Position numbers and translations under genes: made by a program. A stretch of 64,000 nt of DNA from Thermoanaerobaculia bacterium (GTDB lineage Bacteria > Acidobacteriota > Thermoanaerobaculia > Multivoradales > Multivoraceae), in contig OY761158.1 of the NCBI GenBank assembly GCA_963664405.1, positions 928,001-992,000 of the forward strand. The letters are read 5' to 3'. The notes under the pieces were generated by a model, which was given only the letters and a program-made list of their open reading frames with translations, did no database searches and had not been told where the DNA came from. Position 1 is the stretch's first letter. Each line of letters starts with the position of its first letter. Below are positions 56,465 to 64,000 of the stretch, piece after piece.

Positions 56465-59257
56465 CTACGGCGCACGCTCGACGCGGACAGCGCAGAACTT
56501 GAAACCAGGGATCTTCCCGTCCGGATCGAGCTCGTCGAGAGTAAGAAGATTCGCGGCGGCCTCACGAAAATGAAAAGGCATGAACACAGCGCCACGACAC
56601 TCACGCTCTGTGAGCCGCACTTTGAGAGTCACACTTCCCCGCCGGCTGGTGACTGTGACCCGCTCGCCATCTTCGATCGCCAGCTCGGCTGCATCTTCAG
56701 GATGCATCCCCACGAAAGCTTCCGGGGCGATCTGGTCGAGGACGCGGGAACGACGCGTCATCGCACCCGTATGCCAGTGCTCGAGCAGACGCCCCGTATT
56801 GAGAACTAGAGGGTACTCATCGTCCGGTAGCTCCTTGGCTGCCGTCCACTCGGCAGGCACGAACTTCGCCTTGCCGTTTGCCGTGGGAAAGCCTTCACCG
56901 AAGAGAACGACAGGGCCGTCTTCGTGCTCCGGATCCGGGTTGGGCCAGAGTTTGCCGGTGGGACCGAGGTTGTCGTAGTTGAGAGTGGCGTAGGAACTGG
57001 TGAGAGCCGCGAACTCGTCGAAGATCTCCGCCGGCGACTCGTAGTCCATCGCATAGCCCATGCGCTCCGCCACCTCGCAAAGCACCTGCCAATCCAAACG
57101 CGCTTCCCCCGGCATGGCGAGCGCCGGGCGTCCGATCTGTACCCGCCGATCCGTATTGGTGTAAGTGCCGAGCTTCTCGAGGTAGGAGCTTGCCGGCAGA
57201 ATGACGTCGGCAAACTCCGCAGTCTCGGTGAGAAAGATGTCCTGAACCACCAGGAAATCGAGATTTGCCAAGGCCTTGCGTACTTTGTTGACGTTTGGAT
57301 CAGAGAGAAAGGGGTTCTCCCCCATGATGTACATGGCCTTGATCCGGCCTTCCAGGGCCCCCTGGGTGATCTCGACAACCGTCAGGCCGGGCTCGCTGGA
57401 GAGCTGTCTCCCCCATGCGCTCTCGAACTTCTGCCGTACCGCCGCATCGTCCACCGGCTGGTAGTCGGGGTAAACCATCGGGATGAGCCCGGCGTCACTG
57501 GCCCCCTGGACGTTGTTCTGGCCCCGCAGAGGATGCAGTCCCGAGCCCGGCTTGCCGATGTTTCCGGTGAGCAGGGCGAGCGAGATCAGGCAGCGCGCAT
57601 TATTGGTGCCGTACACGTGCTGCGAGATACCCATACCCCAGAAGACGATCGCGCTACGGGCACGCGCAAAAGTGGTTGCCACGTTGCGGATGGTCTCGGC
57701 ATCGACACCGCAGATGCGTGCAGCGCGTTCCGGCGGGTACTCCACCACCAAGCTCCGCAGCGACTCGTAGTTCTCGGTGTGGCGAGCAATGTAGTCGTCG
57801 TCGGCGAGCCCTTCCTCGATGATCGTGTGCATCATCGCATTGTAGAAGGCGACGTCCGTACCCGGCTTGATGCGACAGTAGAAGTCGGCATGATCGGCGA
57901 TCGCCTCGCGGCGCGGATCGACCACGATCAGCTTGGTACCGCGCCTGTGCGCATCTTTGAAGAAAGTGGCAGCGACCGGATGATTGACCGTAGTGTTCGT
58001 GCCCGCCAGCAAGGCCGCGTCGGCATTCGCGATGTCACGGTAGGTGGTCGTGACCGCGGCGCTACCAATGCCCTCGAGCAGAGCGGCCACGCTCGAGGCG
58101 TGACACAGGCGAGTGCAGTGATCGACATTGTTGGTGCCGAAAACAGCTCGAATCAACTTCTGAAACAGGTAGGCCTCTTCGATCGAGCACTTTGCGCTGC
58201 CGAAGCCGGCCATCGAATCACCGCCGTAGGTGTCCCGGACCGCCGCAAACTTCTCGGCGACGAGATCGAGAGCCTCGTCCCAGGTCGCCTCACGAAATGC
58301 GGGGAGGACTTCGGCATAATCGACAATGCCACCCGGCTTGCGGCGTCCATCGTGCTCGCCACGCACATCCGCGGATAGAGCTCCCTTGGGATAGGCCCCT
58401 TCGCGCCGGATCAGTGGAACTGTCAGGCGCTGCGGGTGGGCGGCATAGTCCCACCCGTAGCGACCCTTGACGCACAGCCGCCCATCACTGCCCGGGCTGT
58501 CACGACCCTCCGCGAAAACAATGGCATTCTGATCTCGGTCGACGTGGTAGGTCAGCGCACAGCCGACACCGCAATAGGGGCACACGCTGTCGACCGACTC
58601 GAGCTCGCTGCGAGGCCTGAGGTCGACACCCACCGCGCGGTCGACGAGCGCGCCGGTCGGGCAGGCCGCGGCACACTCTCCGCACGAGACACAGGTGCTC
58701 TCCCCCATTGGAGCGTCGAGATCGAAAGCGATACGGGCTTCGAACCCTTTACCGGTGCGCCCAATCACCTCGTTACTCTGGATCTCGTTACAGGCTCGAA
58801 TACAGCGATCGCAGAGAATGCAAGCCTGATGATTGACGTCGATCACCGACGAGCTCGTGTCGCATGGACGGCCGTTGGCTCGAGGCAATCGATCTCCCCA
58901 TGCGTCGTAGCGGCGAGCGAGAGCCAGAAGCTCGTTGTCGCCGGTCGTGGACTCGCGGGGATCCTCTGCGGGAGGGAGCTGATCGGCCATCAAGAGCTCG
59001 GTGAGAGTGGCTCTTCTCGCCTCGACCTCGGGGGTCGCCGTGCGCACCTTCATCCCCGCCGAGCACTGCCTGACGCAAGCCGCGGCCAAAACCCGCTCGC
59101 CGACGTCGACCACGCACATCCGACATACACCAACAGGCTCCATCCGCGGGCTGTGGCATAGCGCAGGGATCTCGATACCTGCAGCAGCCGCCACCGCGAA
59201 GATCGTGGATCCCTCTTCGGCCTCGACCTCGACGCCATCGATCTCGAGCTGAATCAT
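56465..59257 (-). CDS. fdhF: formate dehydrogenase alpha subunit (Cys-ligated Mo/W-bisPGD) with N-terminal Fe-S domains
   Basis: CRMCVV, CILCDRC, CVSCGEC, CPYCGVGC, DHCTRLCHASS, LRGQNNVQG. ATG 59257 overlaps the upstream stop. Confidence 0.92.
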   Translation of the reverse strand: MIQLEIDGVEVEAEEGSTIFAVAAAAGIEIPALCHSPRMEPVGVCRMCVVDVGERVLAAACVRQCSAGMKVRTATPEVEARRATLTELLMADQLPPAEDPRESTTGDNELLALARRYDAWGDRLPRANGRPCDTSSSVIDVNHQACILCDRCIRACNEIQSNEVIGRTGKGFEARIAFDLDAPMGESTCVSCGECAAACPTGALVDRAVGVDLRPRSELESVDSVCPYCGVGCALTYHVDRDQNAIVFAEGRDSPGSDGRLCVKGRYGWDYAAHPQRLTVPLIRREGAYPKGALSADVRGEHDGRRKPGGIVDYAEVLPAFREATWDEALDLVAEKFAAVRDTYGGDSMAGFGSAKCSIEEAYLFQKLIRAVFGTNNVDHCTRLCHASSVAALLEGIGSAAVTTTYRDIANADAALLAGTNTTVNHPVAATFFKDAHRRGTKLIVVDPRREAIADHADFYCRIKPGTDVAFYNAMMHTIIEEGLADDDYIARHTENYESLRSLVVEYPPERAARICGVDAETIRNVATTFARARSAIVFWGMGISQHVYGTNNARCLISLALLTGNIGKPGSGLHPLRGQNNVQGASDAGLIPMVYPDYQPVDDAAVRQKFESAWGRQLSSEPGLTVVEITQGALEGRIKAMYIMGENPFLSDPNVNKVRKALANLDFLVVQDIFLTETAEFADVILPASSYLEKLGTYTNTDRRVQIGRPALAMPGEARLDWQVLCEVAERMGYAMDYESPAEIFDEFAALTSSYATLNYDNLGPTGKLWPNPDPEHEDGPVVLFGEGFPTANGKAKFVPAEWTAAKELPDDEYPLVLNTGRLLEHWHTGAMTRRSRVLDQIAPEAFVGMHPEDAAELAIEDGERVTVTSRRGSVTLKVRLTERECRGAVFMPFHFREAAANLLTLDELDPDGKIPGFKFCAVRVERAP

Positions 59258-61029
59258 AGATTGCCGGCCTCCATCGTCGAGTCGATCGCCAGATCCCTCA
59301 CCACGGTCTCGGGTAGGTAGCCCTCGTCGGTCCATCCTCGAGCACGGTGATAGCCGACAATCATCTCCTGCAAGCGCTCTCGCGGCAGCCGCGTGCCCGC
59401 TACTGTGCCCTCCGGGAGTGCCTCGCTCAAGAATCTCTCGGGTAGGCAGTCGTCTTTCGGCAACCAGCCCTCGCGAATATTGAACGCCTTGCGCAGCGCA
59501 ACAATACGCCTGGCCACCGTCTCGAGCTCTTCGCCATTCCAATCCATCCCGGTCACCGCCCGCAACAGCTCCGCCGACTCGCCATAGAGATCGTCGAAAG
59601 CGCCGCGCACGAATTTGCACAGAATCAGTGAATCGATGAGGGCGGCTCGATCTTCGGGTCCGGTTGCAAGTGCGGCCGAGCGAGCATCGCCGTGGAGGCG
59701 GTCGACGTCGTCCGAGAAGTCGAGCTCATAAGCGCCACTGCGATTGTGATCCGCTCCACGGCTGCCGACGGCAAAACCGAGAGCCATGGTCTGCAGCGCT
59801 CTCGGCTCGTACCCCGGGAGCTCCAACCCTTTCACCTGAGGCGCAAAATCGAGTGAGTGCCTGCCGATACGGATGGCGGCTCGCCGCGAGCCCTCGGCGA
59901 GAAGATCGCCGATCCCCCGGCGATGAGCAATGTCCGCCAGCAGCGCCAGGAGCCCTTCCGCGTCACCGAAGCGCGGGGCCTCGAGGTAGCCCTTCTCCGC
60001 ACATTCCATCGCGAAAGCGATCGTACCGCCGGCAGACACCGTATCGAGGCCGAGCTCGTCACAGCGATGGGAGGCGGCGAGAACGGAGTCGGGATCGACA
60101 ATGCCACAGAGCGGACCGAGGGCGAAGAGATTTTCGTACTCCACACGAGTCGTTCTGCCGTCGGCAAGGGCATAAAGGTGCTCGCACCCGATCGTGCAAC
60201 TGGCACAGGAAGCCCTCGCATGGCCGCGCAGAGGCTGCAGCTCCTCCGCCGAGAGAGAGTCGGCATCCTCGCAATGGCTGGTTTGGAAGTTACGGGTGGG
60301 TAACGCCGCCAGCCGATTGAAGGCCATCAGATTACCGGCGGTACCAAGCTCCCGGTACTTGGCAGTCGCGGGGCCGAGAGAGCGTCGGGAAAGGGCACGG
60401 GAAAGCTCGAGCACGCGTTCGCGGTCGTACAGCGAGGTCTGCGTCTTACCGCCGACAACGAGAGCCTTGAGCCTCTTGGCCCCCATCACGGCCCCCAGAC
60501 CGCCCCGACCGGCGTGACGACCACCGTTGGAGATCGTTGCATAGCGAACGCCGTTCTCTCCGGCGACGCCGATCGCCGCTACCGAGCCCTCGCAGCCGAG
60601 CACGGCTTCGGTTGCGGCAGCCGAGCTCCCCCACATAGAAGTCGGTCGCAGCTCACCCCTCACCAACTCCGAAGGCTCGGCGCATGCGCCGACCACGACG
60701 ATGGCGTCGACGCCCATACTCTTGCCCGCGATCGCGAAGTCCGAGCTCGAAAGGCCGTCACTGATCATCCCGGTGAGAGGCGACTTGGCCACCACCGCGA
60801 ACTTTGCAGAGGTGGTCAGCGGCGTCCCGACCAAGGGCGAGAAGCTGAAAACCAGAGGTGCCTCCGCGGCCATGGGGTCGACCCCGGGGGGAGCCTCGCG
60901 GTGCAGAAGCCAGGCTCCGAGCCCCACTCCACCGAGGTAGCGGCGCAAGACCCGCTCCTCGATGGGCACCATCTCACCGCGACCGGTACTGAGATCGAAG
61001 CGCCAGTAGCGACCGTGGAAGCCGTGCAC
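59254..61029 (-). CDS. aldehyde ferredoxin oxidoreductase family protein (W-pterin AOR/WOR)
   Basis: KSPLTG, AGRGGLGAVMGAKRLKA, CASCTIGC, EYE, LGLDTVS, DSLILCKF. Confidence 0.92.
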   Translation of the reverse strand: MHGFHGRYWRFDLSTGRGEMVPIEERVLRRYLGGVGLGAWLLHREAPPGVDPMAAEAPLVFSFSPLVGTPLTTSAKFAVVAKSPLTGMISDGLSSSDFAIAGKSMGVDAIVVVGACAEPSELVRGELRPTSMWGSSAAATEAVLGCEGSVAAIGVAGENGVRYATISNGGRHAGRGGLGAVMGAKRLKALVVGGKTQTSLYDRERVLELSRALSRRSLGPATAKYRELGTAGNLMAFNRLAALPTRNFQTSHCEDADSLSAEELQPLRGHARASCASCTIGCEHLYALADGRTTRVEYENLFALGPLCGIVDPDSVLAASHRCDELGLDTVSAGGTIAFAMECAEKGYLEAPRFGDAEGLLALLADIAHRRGIGDLLAEGSRRAAIRIGRHSLDFAPQVKGLELPGYEPRALQTMALGFAVGSRGADHNRSGAYELDFSDDVDRLHGDARSAALATGPEDRAALIDSLILCKFVRGAFDDLYGESAELLRAVTGMDWNGEELETVARRIVALRKAFNIREGWLPKDDCLPERFLSEALPEGTVAGTRLPRERLQEMIVGYHRARGWTDEGYLPETVVRDLAIDSTMEAGNL

Positions 61030-61031
61030 TC

Positions 61032-61859
61032 TCAGCCTCCCGCCTGCGCATCGATAACGATCACACGCTCGCCGGGTCCGATGGGCACTCGAGCATCCCG
61101 CACCAGGTCACGACCATCCAGAGAAACAAGATAGGGCGATGCGACACGCTCTCCATCGAGCAATTCGAGGCTAGGACGGGTACAGGCCAAGACCTCGGCC
61201 AAAGTGCCGACAGGTACCTCCATGACCTCGCGGCCCAGGGCCAATCGCGCACGGCCGACCACTTCGAGGTGAGCTGTGGTCTCTCCAAAGGCCTCGCGCA
61301 CAGCCTCAAGATACTGCTCAGGAGTGTTGAAGCCGCGCCAAGCACCCTGGTCGGGAAGCTCTGCCTCAGTCACGGTGCGATAGTCGGCAGCCTCGAGCAG
61401 AAAGAGGGGCCGCATCCGCTTGGCTGCGAGGAGCTCCTCGGCTGCCGGCAATGCCGAGCGCGGATAGACCGCTGACAGAGTCTGCACGTAACCCTCGACC
61501 TCGGCGGCAGCCGCTGTGCCAAAGCTCAACATGGTGCGTACGAAGTGTGGAGTGAGAAAGGGCGAGTCCACGCTCGTGACGTAGGCGAGGTCGGCTTCGA
61601 TCGCCGCCAGCCCCTCGCGGATCCCGGCGAGTGGCCCGAGGGCGGGGGCGCGATCCATCACGACTCGAGCCTCGAGCTCCGGCAACTCGAGGTCCGCCGA
61701 CGAGACCACGACGACCTCGTCGACGATCTCAGCCAAGACCGCGACGACATGGCTCAGCAACGGCCCTTCTCCCCAAGGCAGCCAGGCCTTGGCTCGACCC
61801 ATCCGGGAAGATCGTCCCCCGCAGAGCACGACCCCCGCGCTGCTCAGGCCCGAGCTCAC
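61032..61859 (-). CDS. mobA: MobA (Moco guanylyltransferase) fused to a MoaD/ThiS-like domain
   Basis: LCGGRSSRMGRAKA, GPLAGI, NTPE, and C-terminal ...GERVIVIDAQAGG-stop. Confidence 0.85.
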   Translation of the reverse strand: MSSGLSSAGVVLCGGRSSRMGRAKAWLPWGEGPLLSHVVAVLAEIVDEVVVVSSADLELPELEARVVMDRAPALGPLAGIREGLAAIEADLAYVTSVDSPFLTPHFVRTMLSFGTAAAAEVEGYVQTLSAVYPRSALPAAEELLAAKRMRPLFLLEAADYRTVTEAELPDQGAWRGFNTPEQYLEAVREAFGETTAHLEVVGRARLALGREVMEVPVGTLAEVLACTRPSLELLDGERVASPYLVSLDGRDLVRDARVPIGPGERVIVIDAQAGG

Positions 61860-63451
61860 TTTCCTCGCACCTTGTCGGGGAAGCGCTCGAGGAGCGACAG
61901 CAGCGGACCTAGAGCCACTTGGCCCAGACCGCAGATGCTGGTCTCCTTGAGCGTGATGTCGAGCTCGGATAGGAGCGACTCGGTGGCCGGCGACACCGCC
62001 GTGTCTGCCTCCACCAGAGCCACGGCCTTCTCCGAGCCCAGCCGGCAGGGGACGCACTTGCCGCAGGACTCGTTGCGGAAGAATCGAGTGACGTTGAGGC
62101 CAACCTCGAGAAGGTCGCGTCCCTCGGCGACAAAGATCGCGGCTCCTGAGCCGAGCATCGAGCCCGCCGCGGCGAGCGTGTCGAAGTCGAGCGCGAGTGC
62201 AAGAGAGTCGGCGCCAAGAAAATTACTGGACGCTCCTCCCGGCGCCACCGCCGCCAGCGGCAGGCCCTCACGCATGCCGCCACAGCGCTCCAGGATCTCG
62301 CCGAGGGTGGTACCGAAGGGAACCAGCACCACGCCGGGCTCGGCAACGTCGCCACTCACCGCCATGAACTTGTGTCCAGCATGGCCTTCGCGTCCCAGCG
62401 AGCGCCACCAATCGGCACCGCGCTCAGTGATTGCAGCGGCGTGGGCGAGGGTCTCCACGTTGTTGATCAGAGTCGGTTGTCCGAAGAGACCCTCGCTGCC
62501 GGGGAATGGAGGCTTGTTTCGGGGCTCGCCTCTGCGACCCTCCATACACTCGAGCAGCGCGGTCTCTTCGCCGAGAATGTAGCCACCGGGTGAAACGAAG
62601 ATGTCTATGTCGAAGCAGAAGTCGCTGCCCAGGATCTTGTTGCCGAGCACACCGGCGCCTCGCGCCTCCTCGATCGCCGTTTCGAGGCGCCTGCGCTCTG
62701 GCTCGTACTCGTGACGGATGAACACAGTGCCGCGCTCGGCGCCGATGCACAAGGCGCCGAGGGCCATCCCCTCGATCACCAAATGCGGAAGATCGTGAAG
62801 GATCTCTCGATCTTTGAAGGTGCCCGGCTCGCTCTCGTCGGCATTACAGATCACGTACTTCGGCGTTGCCGCCTCGCCGGCCACGATCGACCATTTGCGG
62901 GCGGTAGGGAACCCGGCACCACCCATCCCTCGCAACCCAGAGTCCTCCAGATTGGCGATGATCTCGGCGGAAGGTCGCTCCAAGGCCCGACGTAGAGCGC
63001 CGTAGCGATCCTCCACCTTCTCGTAGGGGTCGGCGGCCCAGCTCCGTACCGGGAGCTCGCTCAACACCGAAGTGTCTTCATCGAGAGCCGCGACGATACC
63101 CTCGAGGTCGTCGGCGGTCATCAGTCTGTGGCCGAGCGCGACCGCCGGCGGACGATCGCATCGACCCAAGCACGAGACCTCATCGATCTCGACGTCATCG
63201 CGACCGGCAACTACCGCTCGCAGCGCCGCGCAAGCCTCCCCTCCCCCAAGAGCACAGGGAAGATCACGACAAAGACTGAGCTCTATCCCCCGCGGGGCTT
63301 CCCGTCGGAAGTGGGTATAGAAGGTCGAGACGCTTTCGAGACGGTGAAGAGGTACTCCCAGCCTGCCCGCAAGGCTGTGAAGCGAGGCGTCGGAAAGCCA
63401 CCCCTCTCGTTCTTGGAGTAGGGTCAGCTCGTGGAGAATGGCCTCTTGCAC
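61856..63451 (-). CDS. NuoE-NuoF fused NADH-dependent diaphorase subunit (FdsG/FdsB-like)
   Basis: CRDLPC...CLGRC, SGLRGMGGAGFP, NADESEPG, YILGEET, CGKCVPC...CGLG. Confidence 0.9.
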   Translation of the reverse strand: MQEAILHELTLLQEREGWLSDASLHSLAGRLGVPLHRLESVSTFYTHFRREAPRGIELSLCRDLPCALGGGEACAALRAVVAGRDDVEIDEVSCLGRCDRPPAVALGHRLMTADDLEGIVAALDEDTSVLSELPVRSWAADPYEKVEDRYGALRRALERPSAEIIANLEDSGLRGMGGAGFPTARKWSIVAGEAATPKYVICNADESEPGTFKDREILHDLPHLVIEGMALGALCIGAERGTVFIRHEYEPERRRLETAIEEARGAGVLGNKILGSDFCFDIDIFVSPGGYILGEETALLECMEGRRGEPRNKPPFPGSEGLFGQPTLINNVETLAHAAAITERGADWWRSLGREGHAGHKFMAVSGDVAEPGVVLVPFGTTLGEILERCGGMREGLPLAAVAPGGASSNFLGADSLALALDFDTLAAAGSMLGSGAAIFVAEGRDLLEVGLNVTRFFRNESCGKCVPCRLGSEKAVALVEADTAVSPATESLLSELDITLKETSICGLGQVALGPLLSLLERFPDKVRGK

Positions 63452-63464
63452 CCGTGTGCCCTTC

Positions 63465-63929
63465 CTAGCTCGCCACCGCAGTTAGCTCGACAATCGGAAT
63501 CTCGCGCTCCGTCCTCTTCTGATAGGTGTCGTAGTCGCTGTAGATCTCCAGGAAACGAGGCCATAGCTCGCCACGGCGCGCTGGCTCCGCCGTCTCTGCA
63601 CGCGCCTGCAATCGCTGCGCTCCGACCTGGATCTCAACCGCGGGATCGTCGACGAGATTCAGGTACCACGCCGGATGCCGATCGGAGCCACCATAGGAAG
63701 CGACCAGCGCGTAGCCGGTCTGAGTCTTCAAATAGAGAAGAGGCAGCGTTCGCGGCAAGCCGGTCTTGCGACCGGTTGTCGTGAGTAGAAGAATCGGTCC
63801 GGCGAGCCAACCCCCGACCCTGCCCCGGCTCACCCGATAGAGCGCCTTGTGCACTCCCACGAAAGCCTGGAAGAGATGGTACCGGAAATCTCCGGGATTC
63901 GGTTTCGGAGGGGCCATGAGCTCCTGCAA
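63465..63929 (-). CDS. deazaflavin-dependent nitroreductase (Ddn/DUF385) family protein
   Basis: LLLTTTGRKTG..R..PL, VASYGG...HPAWYLNL, YQKRTEREIP. Start may be the ATG at 63918. Confidence 0.88.
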   Translation of the reverse strand: MQELMAPPKPNPGDFRYHLFQAFVGVHKALYRVSRGRVGGWLAGPILLLTTTGRKTGLPRTLPLLYLKTQTGYALVASYGGSDRHPAWYLNLVDDPAVEIQVGAQRLQARAETAEPARRGELWPRFLEIYSDYDTYQKRTEREIPIVELTAVAS

Positions 63930-64000
63930 GCATACCGCTTAGCGTGCAGGTGACGGCGTGCGGGTCACGGCGTGCCTGTTTTCGGCCTGCTTGTCGCGGC

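Noticed and set aside
58095-58125. Selenocysteine in formate dehydrogenase
   Set aside because: The active site reads CTRLCHASS with a Cys codon and the frame is uninterrupted.
63950-63976. Short tandem gt(g/c)acggcgtgc x2
   Set aside because: Two copies at the window edge with no context to interpret them.

Overview
GC-rich bacterial window with about 50 protein genes and no rRNA, tRNA, CRISPR array, transposase or phage gene that I can see. The gene style (many sulfatases, PQQ beta-propellers, AlkP-family proteins, GT-C-like membrane proteins) suggests an environmental Acidobacteriota-like genome, which is inference only. Housekeeping genes (UvrD/PcrA-like helicase, apgM, recQ) are mixed with catabolic and cell-envelope genes, a GriC/GriD-like acid-reductase pair, a sulfotransferase-AlkP-AlkP-small LGY protein-Oxa1-like locus, a two-kinase/one-receiver cassette and a translationally coupled NuoEF / MobA-MoaD / aldehyde oxidoreductase / formate dehydrogenase operon. 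The main finding is a ~165-bp palindromic MITE with ERIC-like internal motifs, present in 5 copies and inserted at CTAG/TA. One copy sits in frame inside an AhpD/CMD-family gene that the ORF track splits at an in-frame UGA (CxxU followed by a SECIS-like hairpin, so a probable selenoprotein). That copy alone carries an AAGGAG-N7-ATG that could serve as a replacement start. A second mosaic palindromic repeat lies at 29.3-29.7 kb. Accessory genes carry many lesions (4 deletion-type junctions, a nonsense codon, homopolymer frameshifts, a lost catalytic Cys), pointing to erosion or assembly error.
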